Positions 1 to 9,619 of a stretch of DNA of 64,000 bases are shown here, piece after piece. The notes beneath the pieces are model-generated. The model was not told the origin of the DNA. It saw only the letters and a list, made by a program, of their open reading frames with translations, and did not search any database. Made by a program: the position numbers and the translations under genes. The DNA comes from Synechococcus sp. (GTDB taxonomy: Bacteria; Cyanobacteriota; Cyanobacteriia; PCC-6307; Cyanobiaceae), in assembly GCA_047285535.1 (NCBI GenBank), contig JBJBDC010000001.1:992136-1056135 (forward strand), written 5' to 3'. Every line of letters starts with the position of its first letter. The stretch's first letter is position 1.

Positions 1-1618
1 TCCCCTGAGCAATGCCTCGCCCAACCAATCCGATAGCTCGACCGACAACTTGCGTGAGCAGAACCGCAAACAGATCACCCAACCTACGGACCAACAGCTG
101 AATCTGAGGTGCAAGTGCATCGCGTGCCTCAATGAGAAGAGCCACCTGTTGTTGCCACCATCCAAGACGACGTAGTTCTTCGTCTCTAGGTTCAGTCAGC
201 AGAAGCGGTGCGATCTTTCCTTCATTGAGTTGGTATACAAGCCTCTGACTTTCATAAAGGCGAATGGGGCGTTGAATCCAAGCCTGCCAACGAGACTGAG
301 TATTGAGTTGATTGCGCAAACGCTCAAGTTCTCTTGTAGAGATCAACTGCTGATTCAGCAAGTATCGCCTCAGCTCAGGCCATTCACCACAGACTCCAAG
401 AAGTTCAGAGCCAATCAGTTCGGCCGTGCGAACAAGCCAATTGCTGACGAGAGTTTCAAGCTGAAGCAAAGCGCGTGGATCATCGGAGGGAAGCAGCTGT
501 CCCTCGACGAGAACGGGCTGATCATCCAAAAGCGGAGCGAGCATCCGTTTCGGATTCGGAAGTTCCTCATCAATATCTCCAAGTTCAGTCTTCGAGAGAA
601 GGTGATCTGCTACTGGGCTTAATTCTTCTCCCATTGGCAAACGAACGTAGTTGCCGGCCATAGTGCGAAGAGCCTGCTGACGCAATTCAGGTTGAAGCGC
701 CTGCCATCTTTGCGAAAGAGCGCGATCCCATTGACCCGGAATAGGAGCCTGCTCATCCTGATCCAACCGCAATCTTTGAAGCACCTGGTTCAGCTGTTGC
801 AGCAAGGCAAGCAGCAGTTCACGTCGACGCTCAGGATTTAAACCTTCGATGGCCAAAATATTGCCCGTGGCATTGCTTAAACCTTTTGTTACCGCCATTT
901 CAAGGCGTTCATGGATGGAATGCCATACCGCTGCACCATTTCTCGACTTCACTTGAATCGACGTACCTGATCGCTCACTCAAAGAGGTCGCTTGTTTGAG
1001 GGGAACAGCACCTTCAAGACCTAATTGCAACGGACCCCAAATCCAGAACAAGAGTTGACGAGCACTTTTTAATTCTCGACAACGACCCTCCAGCATGAAT
1101 CGCAACATCGGATGCGAGGGTGGCGGATTCAAAAGAGCTTCAATCATGTGTAGGTCATGATTGATTTGTTGAAGTCCAGTCATCAACAACCAAACCCCCA
1201 GGCCAGGTGACTGGAAAGACTCAAATTCCTCAGATTGTGATTGAGACGTGAGTTCGACCACCCTGCCGCCAGAAAGCAAGGTATCGATGGTCTTCTGAAG
1301 TTGGTTCAGATCAGGATCCTGAAGCAATCCCGCACATTCCAGAGACAACAATTCATTGGGATTGCAAGGCAACTTTTGAGGAAGCAAAAGAAGTAGCGGT
1401 GCTGATCCCCATCGGCTTTGAAGGTTCAAAACCTCATGTTGAAGAAGCGCCGACGAAGCAACCGTTTCAACAGACCAGATCACTAGATCTGGTTGTCCAA
1501 TCAGTTGATCGATTGAGAGAGCAATCGTGAATGCTTTGTCGCCAGCCAGCCCAGACAGCAGAGATTCAGCGAGCAGATTCCTTGCGATGAGCAAAATCTG
1601 TTTAGGTACCGCGTTCAC
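1..1618 (-). CDS. DUF3685 (Ycf55-like) protein with degenerate receiver-like N-terminus; runs off the window start
   Basis: Not in the ORF track. Manual translation from GTG at 1618 gives MNAVPKQILLIARNLLAESLL...PDLVIWSVE...WGSAPLLLLLP...CAGLLQDPD. Only the N-terminal ~105 aa were translated; extension to the window edge is assumed. Position next to fur/hisA fits picocyanobacteria. Confidence 0.75.
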   Translation of the reverse strand, partial: MNAVPKQILLIARNLLAESLLSGLAGDKAFTIALSIDQLIGQPDLVIWSVETVASSALLQHEVLNLQSRWGSAPLLLLLPQKLPCNPNELLSLECAGLLQDPDLNQLQKTIDTLLSGGRVVELTSQSQSEEFESFQSPGLGVWLLMTGLQQINHDLHMIEALLNPPPSHPMLRFMLEGRCRELKSARQLLFWIWGPLQLGLEGAVPLKQATSLSERSGTSIQVKSRNGAAVWHSIHERLEMAVTKGLSNATGNILAIEGLNPERRRELLLALLQQLNQVLQRLRLDQDEQAPIPGQWDRALSQRWQALQPELRQQALRTMAGNYVRLPMGEELSPVADHLLSKTELGDIDEELPNPKRMLAPLLDDQPVLVEGQLLPSDDPRALLQLETLVSNWLVRTAELIGSELLGVCGEWPELRRYLLNQQLISTRELERLRNQLNTQSRWQAWIQRPIRLYESQRLVYQLNEGKIAPLLLTEPRDEELRRLGWWQQQVALLIEARDALAPQIQLLVRRLGDLFAVLLTQVVGRAIGLVGRGIAQG

Positions 1619-1690
1619 CTCTAAAACCCGAGCCTAACGATGCTCGCAGGGTACCGGTGCAAAGGCAAATGCTCCAGTGCCCTCATTCTT

Positions 1691-2155
1691 TCAATCGCCA
1701 TCTCGCTGCCTTGGGCGTCCACTGAGTTGCAGCGTGAAAGTTTCAATCTTGTATCCAGTGCGTTGCTCGATTTCAAGAATAAGTTGATCAGGTAATTCGA
1801 CATCAAGGTCTTCAATGGTTCCGCTCTCAAGACAAATGAGATGACTGTGGGGTTCGCGTCGATAGCCATACAGGCGACCACTAGCCCGATCAAGACATTC
1901 GATCACTCCAGCACTGTGGAGAGCCTCCAGATTTTGATAGACCGATGTATGTCCAATACGACGACCTTGAGCGTTCAACCTCTCAAAAATATCTCTTGCG
2001 CTTAAGTGACTGGCTTCAGTCCAGAGCAAATCGAGGACCATCCTTCGCTGTCGACTGAGACGCATCCCAAGCTTTTGGCACAACTCAAAGGTGTCGTTGA
2101 GTCCATTGGAAACAAAGGACACTTCTGAATTCTGTTTCGAGCTTTCGACAGCCAC
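1691..2155 (-). CDS. Fur-family transcriptional regulator
   Basis: GMRLSRQRRMVLDLL, HLSARDIF, GHTSVYQNLEAL and HSHLICL motifs of the Fur fold. Confidence 0.9.
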   Translation of the reverse strand: MAVESSKQNSEVSFVSNGLNDTFELCQKLGMRLSRQRRMVLDLLWTEASHLSARDIFERLNAQGRRIGHTSVYQNLEALHSAGVIECLDRASGRLYGYRREPHSHLICLESGTIEDLDVELPDQLILEIEQRTGYKIETFTLQLSGRPRQRDGD

Positions 2156-2248
2156 TCATAAAGAAAGAGTGAAATAAGTTTAAAACTCAATCCACAGCTT
2201 TGCAGTTCGTCTCGGAAGATCACGGGGTGCCCATTGCCCAGATTTAGA

Positions 2249-3019
2249 TCAAGCAATAGTGCGGCTCTGATCACTGGGCGGGTCCTGCAGCCGGCCATCA
2301 GCGATCGCCTGAATGGCCTCATGCAAGTCAATGCGACCGTCGTAGAGCGCACGACCCACGATCACGCCCTCAACCCCCAATGGTTCCAAGGAGAGAAGGG
2401 CAAGCAGATCTGCCATGCAACCCACACCACCAGAAGCAATCACAGGAACAGAACTCGCTCGCGCCATTGCGCGTAGTCCCTCAAGATTCGGTCCTGCCAA
2501 CGTGCCATCAGTGGCAATGTCGGTGCTGATGATTGCTGCGATAGCAGCCTCACTGAAACGCTGAGCTAAGGATGTGGCTTCGACATCGCTCTCTTCGATC
2601 CATCCTCGCGTTGCAACACGGCCGTTGCGAGCATCTATACCCAACACAATTTTATGGGGATAGCGTGAGGCGAGGTCCATCACCAAACTTGGATTTTCAA
2701 GGGCCAGGGTGCCGAGGATGACCCGATCCAGTCCACAACTGAGCAGCTCTTCAACCCGCTCCAAAGACCGCACGCCGCCACCAAGCTGCACAGGAATGGA
2801 GAGCTCCTTAGCAATCAATTGCACGGCCTGATCGTTGATTGGTTCCCCGCTTCGAGCGCCGTCGAGATCAACCAGGTGAAGTCGGGTAGCACCTTGACGT
2901 TCCCAACTTCGGGCCTGAGCCAAGGGATCTTCACTAAAGCGTGTGACTTGGTCGTAATCCCCCTGATGCAGACGAACGCAGCTCCCCTGCAAAAGGTCAA
3001 TGGCGGGGATGATCTCCAT
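2249..3019 (-). CDS. hisA: ProFAR isomerase (histidine biosynthesis)
   Basis: MEIIPAIDL, LHLVDLDGA, QLGGGVR, TDIATDGTLAGPN, VIASGGV motifs. Confidence 0.97.
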   Translation of the reverse strand: MEIIPAIDLLQGSCVRLHQGDYDQVTRFSEDPLAQARSWERQGATRLHLVDLDGARSGEPINDQAVQLIAKELSIPVQLGGGVRSLERVEELLSCGLDRVILGTLALENPSLVMDLASRYPHKIVLGIDARNGRVATRGWIEESDVEATSLAQRFSEAAIAAIISTDIATDGTLAGPNLEGLRAMARASSVPVIASGGVGCMADLLALLSLEPLGVEGVIVGRALYDGRIDLHEAIQAIADGRLQDPPSDQSRTIA

Positions 3020-3124
3020 GTCGCCGGTGGCACGTTGTGTTCATCCATCCTGCAGGCCAATGGGTCATTGTTGAAGCTCATGGGTCAAGGCCGCGCTTCA
3101 ATAATCAGATTGAGCGCCTGGTTG

Positions 3125-4048
3125 ATGAAGATTCTCGTAATGGGTGGCACCCGCTTTGTCGGGAAGCCTTTAGTGGCAAAACTGCAGTTGCAGGGGCATT
3201 CACTCACCCTGTTCACACGAGGGCATCGTCCCTCGCCTGATGGAGTGAAATCTCTTAAAGGAGATCGCAGCGTTGATGCCGATCTCGATCAGCTGAAGGG
3301 TCACAGTTTCGAGGTAATCATCGATAGCTCAGGGAGAACCTTGGATGACACGCGTCGCGTCTTAACGGTGACGGGTGCGCCATCGCATCGCTTTCTCTAT
3401 GTGAGCTCGGCAGGGGTGTATGCAGCCTCTGAGCAATGGCCTTTGGATGAAACAGACGCCATCGATCCAGCCAGCCGTCATTCCGGAAAGGCTGACACCG
3501 AAGCCTGGCTTCAAGACCAAGGAATTCCCTTTACGAGTTTCCGACCGACCTACATCGTTGGCCCAGGGAATTACAACCCAGTTGAACGATGGTTCTTTGA
3601 CCGGATTGTGCATGATCGCCCCATCCCCCTTCCTGGATCAGGAGAAACGATGACTCAGATTGGCCATGCGGAAGACCTGGCAGAGGCCATGGCTCGATCG
3701 ATCGAGGTGGATGCCGCTTGCAATCGCATCTACAACTGCAGTGCAAACCGTGGAATCACCTTCCGAGGCTTAATTGAAGCTGCTGCAGTGGCCTGTGAAC
3801 GAAACCCTGAGGCTTTAGATCTACGTCCGTTCGACCCCTCTGGACTGGATCCCAAAGCGCGAAAAGCTTTTCCTCTGAGGCTGAGTCATTTTTTGACTGA
3901 CACCACACGGGTCAGGCGTGAACTGGCTTGGGAACCAAGGTTTGATGCACAAGCATGCCTCATTGACAGTTATCAACGGGATTACAGCCTGCGGCCTACA
4001 TCAAATCCTGACTTCAGCACTGACCTCACTCTGATCGATGAGGATTGA
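3125..4048 (+). CDS. NAD-dependent epimerase/dehydratase (CSP41-like)
   Basis: MKILVMGGTRFVG Rossmann start (ATG 3125), YVSSAGVY, FRPTYIVGPGNYNPVERWFFDRI. Confidence 0.9.
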   Translation: MKILVMGGTRFVGKPLVAKLQLQGHSLTLFTRGHRPSPDGVKSLKGDRSVDADLDQLKGHSFEVIIDSSGRTLDDTRRVLTVTGAPSHRFLYVSSAGVYAASEQWPLDETDAIDPASRHSGKADTEAWLQDQGIPFTSFRPTYIVGPGNYNPVERWFFDRIVHDRPIPLPGSGETMTQIGHAEDLAEAMARSIEVDAACNRIYNCSANRGITFRGLIEAAAVACERNPEALDLRPFDPSGLDPKARKAFPLRLSHFLTDTTRVRRELAWEPRFDAQACLIDSYQRDYSLRPTSNPDFSTDLTLIDED

Positions 4049-4562
4049 GGTAACCCCAGGCTGACCACAAGGCCAGGATCAACGCAGGCCAAAACAAACT
4101 CACTCCAACAGCTCTTAGACCTTGAACCAGTGCTGGATCTCCCCACTGAGGAGGCCAAATCATGAGCACAAGGCTAAGAAATTGAAGGATTGTTTTGAAT
4201 TTGCCTGCTGTAGAAGCTGGTGCCCCATCACTGCTGTCTCTTCGCCAGCCTGAGATCAGCAATTCTCGGGACAGCAATAACCAGACAGCCCAGACCTGCA
4301 AGGTTCCATTCGACGCCAACCAGATCAGAGGAGCGCTGATCAAAAGCTTGTCAGCAAGAGGATCAAGACGAGCGCCCCAGCTGCTACCTCCATCGGCTCT
4401 TCTTGCTAACCACCCATCAGCAGCATCGCTAAGACCTCCAAGAAGCAGCAACAACCAGGCCAGAGCGTCGTACTGCGTCGCCAAGGCCAGGAGGATAGGA
4501 AGCCCCATAAGAGCTCGGGCGAGGGTGAGTCGATCAGCCCAGAGGCGCCAGGGAGAGATCAA
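4026..4562 (-). CDS. CDP-alcohol phosphatidyltransferase family protein
   Basis: DAADGWLARR...GARLDPLADK signature; hydrophobic. Confidence 0.9.
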   Translation of the reverse strand: MISPWRLWADRLTLARALMGLPILLALATQYDALAWLLLLLGGLSDAADGWLARRADGGSSWGARLDPLADKLLISAPLIWLASNGTLQVWAVWLLLSRELLISGWRRDSSDGAPASTAGKFKTILQFLSLVLMIWPPQWGDPALVQGLRAVGVSLFWPALILALWSAWGYLNPHRSE

Positions 4563-4593
4563 GGCTCAGAATGCATTGAGATGCGTGGATTCC

Positions 4594-5064
4594 ATGGTGC
4601 TTGAGCAGAAGGTCAAAGAAGTGATGTCATCGCCAGTGTTGACTGTGACGCCAGACACGGAATTAAAGGATGCCGTCAGTCTGCTGAGCGATCACCACAT
4701 CAGTGGCCTCCCAGTGGTTGATCAACGTGGAATTCTTATTGGTGAGCTCACAGAACAAGACCTCATGGTCCGTGAGAGCGGTGTGGATGCTGGCCCATAC
4801 GTCATGTTGCTCGATAGTGTGATCTATCTACGGAATCCTCTGAACTGGGACAAACAGGTTCATCAAGTTCTTGGAACCAAAGTCAACGATCTGATGCGGC
4901 GTGATCAGCACAGCTGTTCGGAAAGTCTGCCCCTGCCTAAAGCCGCATCCTTACTTCATGAACGCAGTACACAGAGATTGATTGTGGTGGACGATGACAG
5001 ACATCCGGTGGGGGTTTTGACGCGGGGTGACATCGTCCGAGCCTTGGCCTCGAGTCAGGCTTAG
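4594..5064 (+). CDS. CBS domain pair protein
   Basis: VKEVMSSPVLTV, HISGLPVVD, GVLTRGDIVRAL; likely start ATG 4594. Confidence 0.9.
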   Translation: MVLEQKVKEVMSSPVLTVTPDTELKDAVSLLSDHHISGLPVVDQRGILIGELTEQDLMVRESGVDAGPYVMLLDSVIYLRNPLNWDKQVHQVLGTKVNDLMRRDQHSCSESLPLPKAASLLHERSTQRLIVVDDDRHPVGVLTRGDIVRALASSQA

Positions 5065-6245
5065 CGGGATGCAAGTGGAGTGATTCTTATCGCCACAGGC
5101 TTGATAAACCGAAATTCCACCATGTCTCCTAGCACCAGCTCATCGAACACCTCTGAAGGCATCCGCTTCCTCACGTCAAGATTGTGAACCTTGCCAAACG
5201 GACCTCGGAGACTCACGGTTCGATCGATGCGAGAGATCCTGACGACTTCTGCACTGCCTGTGGCCATCGCCACGCGGGTGCCCTTGGGCACGGGGCCAAA
5301 GTCTGAAGCAAGCTCGACATCCTCACGCTCGAAACGCAAGGCTTTGTTCGGGGAAGGACGTAGGTCAACAACCAAACCATCCAAAATTTCCATGTCTATT
5401 TCTGACCCCGGACTCAACTTCAAAGTGTTGAGATCGACTGCTGAGGTCACCAGAACGTTGTGACCTTCAGGGCCTTGAACCTCAAGCACCTTTTCCTCAG
5501 GAAGAAGACGCTTCACCGTTGCATGGAGGTGGGTGATCTCGAACGACTCCAGAAGTTCAGCCTTGAGAGTCTTTCCAGAACTCAGAAGGTTGGCATCCAA
5601 GGGAGCCGTTAAGGCGGAACGAGGAGTAGCCGAAGTAGGGACTTTGCGGACATCAACGGCGATGGGCTGAACCATCCTGAAATCAACGAAGTCTCCAGCT
5701 CTTAAATCTTCAAGGGGGTCATTCTCAGGGCTCACTAAAACGTCGAGATTGTGGATACCACCAAAGGGCCCCATCAGGCTGAGGCTCCCATCCTTCTGAT
5801 CGATTTTGACGACCCTTCCAGTGCCAGAGCCAAGAGCAACCCGCATTCCTTTCTTTAGCCTTCCCATGTCATTGGGAAGAATGATGTCTTCACGACTGAA
5901 AGTCAGCTCTTTCTCTTTACTTGGTTCTAAGTCCACCAACAATCCGTCGAGAACGGAAAGGCTCACCTCATCTCCGGGTTGAAGCTGCAAAGGCTTCAAA
6001 TCAAGACCAACCGTATAGATCTCAACATGCCCTTCAGGATCGATAATTTCGATCACCTTTTCCTTGGGCATAGACTGCCTGACAATGCCTTTCAGCTCTG
6101 TTACTTCAAATCCTGCAAGTTGCTCTTCACTAAAACCTGCAAAAACATTCTGTGGGCAGATCACTGCAGAGGCAAGGAGTGTGCAGATCAGCAGCACTCG
6201 GCCATGGAGTTGTTGATGAGACTTCTGGCGCAGTGTGCGGATCAT
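5061..6245 (-). CDS. Secreted hypothetical protein with internal duplication (OB-fold-like repeats)
   Basis: Signal-peptide-like N-terminus; two ~160 aa repeats sharing PEGH, LDGLxVDLxPS, GPFGxxHNLDV, GDxVxFR. Confidence 0.75.
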   Translation of the reverse strand: MIRTLRQKSHQQLHGRVLLICTLLASAVICPQNVFAGFSEEQLAGFEVTELKGIVRQSMPKEKVIEIIDPEGHVEIYTVGLDLKPLQLQPGDEVSLSVLDGLLVDLEPSKEKELTFSREDIILPNDMGRLKKGMRVALGSGTGRVVKIDQKDGSLSLMGPFGGIHNLDVLVSPENDPLEDLRAGDFVDFRMVQPIAVDVRKVPTSATPRSALTAPLDANLLSSGKTLKAELLESFEITHLHATVKRLLPEEKVLEVQGPEGHNVLVTSAVDLNTLKLSPGSEIDMEILDGLVVDLRPSPNKALRFEREDVELASDFGPVPKGTRVAMATGSAEVVRISRIDRTVSLRGPFGKVHNLDVRKRMPSEVFDELVLGDMVEFRFIKPVAIRITPLASR

Positions 6246-6323
6246 TGGTAGATCTTCAAACGTCAAGAGACGGTAGCTCCATCTGATATTGAGTCAAAAT
6301 ACGCAGAGTTCAACCCTCGCTGC

Positions 6324-6797
6324 ATGTCAAGTTCATTGAAGCGTCGATTCATGCTTGGCCTTGGCCTAGCTGTTGTTGCTTCAGCGATACAGCTTCCTTC
6401 TCGCGCTGAGAAAACGATTGAGATCAGCTTGAAGGAACGGTACTTGAAGCTTCTGGATTCAGGAAAAGTTGTTGCACGCTATCCCGTGGCCATTGGAGCA
6501 CCCGAAACGCCGACTCCTGCTGGAAGCTACGAGATCATTCGCATGGAGGACGCGCCTGTTTACCACAAAAAAGGGAAGATTATTGCCCCAGGCCCTAAGA
6601 ATCCGGTAGGGGTGCGTTACATGGCTTATTTTCAGAATGGCCCAGGTGAATATGCCATCCACGGCACAGCTTGGCCGAACTGGGTCAATCTGAGAGCCGC
6701 CGTTAGCCTGGGATGCATCCGCATGCTCAACAAAGACGTCATCAACCTTTTCAATCAAGTGGACGTCGGGACACCCGTCGTTGTGACTTCCCACTGA
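6324..6797 (+). CDS. L,D-transpeptidase (YkuD/ErfK family)
   Basis: YPVAIG, TPAG, GPKNPVG, YAIHGT...SLGCIRM catalytic His/Cys motif; signal peptide. Confidence 0.92.
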   Translation: MSSSLKRRFMLGLGLAVVASAIQLPSRAEKTIEISLKERYLKLLDSGKVVARYPVAIGAPETPTPAGSYEIIRMEDAPVYHKKGKIIAPGPKNPVGVRYMAYFQNGPGEYAIHGTAWPNWVNLRAAVSLGCIRMLNKDVINLFNQVDVGTPVVVTSH

Positions 6798-6800
6798 CCC

Positions 6801-7079
6801 ATGCGTATTTCACGATTCCTGAGCATTGCCATTTCCGCCTGCATCGCAACTCCCTTGCAAGCACAAGACGCTGCACTTCGCGAAATGCCAGAGCAAAAAT
6901 TTTTGGATCAAGTCGAAGCACCAGGTCATGTTTTGATCTCGGCTCGAGGCGCACAGGCGGTCAATGCAGAAGCCCGTCGTCAAGGATTGACGTTTCCAGC
7001 AGTGGGGTACTGGTCTCCTGAAAATGTGTGTTTCAGCAAACCACCCAAGGGTGATTGCAATGGACTTTTTAAACGTTAG
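6801..7079 (+). CDS. Small secreted hypothetical protein
   Basis: Signal peptide ending LQA; two C-terminal Cys; 3 nt downstream of the L,D-transpeptidase. Confidence 0.7.
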   Translation: MRISRFLSIAISACIATPLQAQDAALREMPEQKFLDQVEAPGHVLISARGAQAVNAEARRQGLTFPAVGYWSPENVCFSKPPKGDCNGLFKR

Positions 7080-7096
7080 CTCGGTGAATTAAAAGA

Positions 7097-8635
7097 TCAG
7101 GGCACCGGCGGAGGAGGGAGCACCGGCGGGGGCGGTGCTCCATAAATGCCGGTCTTCGGCTCTTCGGCAGACAAAACGGTATCCCTTTCGTCGAAAGAAG
7201 AATTAGGAGGGATGGGCTGAGGCCAGGCTTCTGGATCCTCTGGGAGAGTCTGATCCTCCTGAAGCAAAACGGGTGGAGGCAGATCCGGCGGCAAAGCTAG
7301 ATCGAAGGGCTGAGACTGTGAATCCTTGGGAAAAGACTGTTCCTGTTGATCCTCGAAGTCAGGACGTTCCCGGAGCACGATTGGATCGGCTGTGATGGGA
7401 GGCTCTCTTAGCGGTTGCCTCGTAGGCAGGTTTGTATTGCCAGGTATGGCTTGATCGTGATCTAGCCGCGGGGTTGAGTTAGGAGCCCAGATCATTCGAG
7501 CAATTGGTTCGACACCCTGTTCCATGACACGGTTCAAGCCAGCCAGAGCACGATCCATCAACTGACCGCCAAAGTAGTAAAGGCAGTCAGCAGGTCCGTC
7601 ACACCGTTGACTGCTCTCAATGCGTTGGGTCAGATTCGCCATCAGGCCTCCCTGAAGAGGGACACGTCGCTGACTTAAACGAAGTAGGTAGGGCACATGC
7701 ACAAAACTGGTTGCACCTCCGCTGATCCAGTTCGCATCGTCCTCAGTGAAGCCCTTTTCTCCAGGAATGATGAGACGACTTTTAGAGGCGTGATCCGGCA
7801 TATAAGCAGCAACCAAGCCTCGTCTTCGTGCCAGATCTTTGGTCTGTTCAAGGGTGAGACCATCCTTGCTCATCAGCATTTCAATCCGGCCATCGGATTT
7901 CAAGCCATACACCATGCGAATTCTTGGTAAGTAGTACCGAATTCGTTGTCCCATGCTGATGCTGTAAGCACCCTTGTAGCTACTCGGCGGGGCTTCCAGA
8001 TCGTTGTAGATGCTGTGCAAGCCTCCAACAAACATGTCGTAACGCTGAGCTCGTTCAGGTGTTAACTCTCCATATCCAAAGTCGACAGCGCCATCTTTAA
8101 GGATTCCGATGTAAGCACGTTGTCTTGAAGCTGTTCGATTGCGTCCACGCCAGACGCGACTACCCAGTTTTAAATCTCCCAGGGGAACGGTGATTTCCTG
8201 GCCGAACTCATCAATATGTCTTTCGTACATCGGACCCGATACGTAAGCAAGAGCGGCGGTATCTTCGTAAGCATCCTGTTCTCGATCCCAGCCTTCTAGA
8301 AGACCCAGGCGCACGTCTCGAGGGTCAAAATCAAGGGCATAGACCTCATCATCAGGCTGGTAAACGAAAGGTCCAGCGTCAGCTTTGGGAAGCTCTACGG
8401 ATTGTGGGGAGATCTCCTTTTTATCAGGCACAGCTGGTGCCAGAGCAACAAGTGCCGAAAACACGGCGATGGGAACAGCAAGAATGAACCAACGCTTACG
8501 ACGCAGTTTCGATCGATGAGTCTTCGTTTTGGTTCTCCTCTGCAGCGACGAAAGCTCTGCATGAGGAACTGAAGTCCGGATGCGCTTCACCGGACCAGCC
8601 TTCTTGTTCGAGATTGGGGTTCGAGGTCGTGCCAA
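7097..8635 (-). CDS. Membrane-anchored protein with divergent phosphodiester-glycosidase (NAGPA/DUF2233)-like domain and Pro-rich tail
   Basis: Basic N-terminus, single TM, RIRMVYGLKSDG...GLTLEQ...AAYMPDHASKS aligns by eye to RxAxG...GxTL...AxNLDGGGS; Pro/acidic C-terminus. Confidence 0.6.
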   Translation of the reverse strand: MARPRTPISNKKAGPVKRIRTSVPHAELSSLQRRTKTKTHRSKLRRKRWFILAVPIAVFSALVALAPAVPDKKEISPQSVELPKADAGPFVYQPDDEVYALDFDPRDVRLGLLEGWDREQDAYEDTAALAYVSGPMYERHIDEFGQEITVPLGDLKLGSRVWRGRNRTASRQRAYIGILKDGAVDFGYGELTPERAQRYDMFVGGLHSIYNDLEAPPSSYKGAYSISMGQRIRYYLPRIRMVYGLKSDGRIEMLMSKDGLTLEQTKDLARRRGLVAAYMPDHASKSRLIIPGEKGFTEDDANWISGGATSFVHVPYLLRLSQRRVPLQGGLMANLTQRIESSQRCDGPADCLYYFGGQLMDRALAGLNRVMEQGVEPIARMIWAPNSTPRLDHDQAIPGNTNLPTRQPLREPPITADPIVLRERPDFEDQQEQSFPKDSQSQPFDLALPPDLPPPVLLQEDQTLPEDPEAWPQPIPPNSSFDERDTVLSAEEPKTGIYGAPPPPVLPPPPVP

Positions 8636-9282
8636 GCAACAATGGTGCCCTCAGCCACCAGCCATTTGCGATAACGGTTACTGCATGCGTACCCACCCGT
8701 CAACTCACCGAAGGCTGGAATCACTAATCTCTCCTCAACATCGTCGTAGGCAAAGCAAGGGAGACGAAGGTGATCAGCTCCAAAACTGAGGCTCGCTACT
8801 GGGTGTAGGTGTCCGCAAATGTTAAGCAAAGGATCTTTATCACTTGTGCGTTCTGGTTCATGACTTAACCAGAGTTTTCCGATTTGGTAGCTCGAATGCT
8901 GCGGCAGGCCTGGCAGTCGACAGTAACGGTCGTGGTTGCCTCCCACCAACTTGATTTTGCACCTAGTAAGCGAAGGAAGCTCTATTAGGGTCTCACGAAG
9001 CGTGGAGGTCAGACCTAAGGATCCGTGCACAAGATCGCCAAGAATGATCAATGTCGTGGGCTGAAGTCGTGAGCAAAGGCCTAACAATTGATTCAAGGTG
9101 CCTCGATCTCCATCACTGGGTAGAGGGACGCCATGAGCCTGAAAAAGCTCAGCTTTGCCCAGATGAAGGTCTGCAATCAGTAATTCTCGTCCATGAGGCC
9201 GCCAAATCGCCTTCTCCGGAAGAAACACCAGACGCTCTTGAGCCCATGTCCAAGAAAGTCCACGGGGAACGGTCTGAGTCAT
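8587..9282 (-). CDS. pdeM: Ligase-associated DNA damage response metallophosphoesterase
   Basis: IADLHLGK, LGDLVH, GGNHD, HEP, CGHLHP, LRLPCF, IPAFGELTGG. Confidence 0.88.
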   Translation of the reverse strand: MTQTVPRGLSWTWAQERLVFLPEKAIWRPHGRELLIADLHLGKAELFQAHGVPLPSDGDRGTLNQLLGLCSRLQPTTLIILGDLVHGSLGLTSTLRETLIELPSLTRCKIKLVGGNHDRYCRLPGLPQHSSYQIGKLWLSHEPERTSDKDPLLNICGHLHPVASLSFGADHLRLPCFAYDDVEERLVIPAFGELTGGYACSNRYRKWLVAEGTIVAWHDLEPQSRTRRLVR

Positions 9283-9519
9283 GCATTGAGATGGTGGTGG
9301 GCACTCTGGATTCAAAGAGATTCTTCCTTAAAAAGGCTTTGAGCACTGGTAGTCGCAATCCAGAGCAGAGCAACACATCAAATTCAACAATGGAAAAGCG
9401 GAGCCCTTCACCACCGTAAAAGAAACAGCTTGATTGCAGAGAGCTGAGATTCAGTTAGGCAGGACTTCCATTTGGAAGCGATTAATGAGAGTCTTTGAAT
9501 ATCTACTGGTGATACAAGC

Positions 9520-9600
9520 ATGACACTCGCTCTACTCTTCGCACTGCTTGGATCACTTGTGGCCATGGGAATGATTATTCGCCGCCTGGAAAGAGGATGA
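9520..9600 (+). CDS. 26-aa single-TM microprotein
   Basis: Manual translation MTLALLFALLGSLVAMGMIIRRLERG*; ends 19 nt before the channel gene ATG. Confidence 0.5.
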   Translation: MTLALLFALLGSLVAMGMIIRRLERG

Positions 9601-9619
9601 AGAAGTGGAAATTCGTGCT

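Noticed and set aside
230..663. Plus-strand ORFs 230..622 and 475..663
   Set aside because: Antisense shadows of the minus-strand DUF3685 gene
2819..3124. N-terminal extension of the epimerase ORF (likewise 4195..4593 and 31285..31656)
   Set aside because: Overlaps real opposite-strand genes; family motifs begin at the downstream ATG
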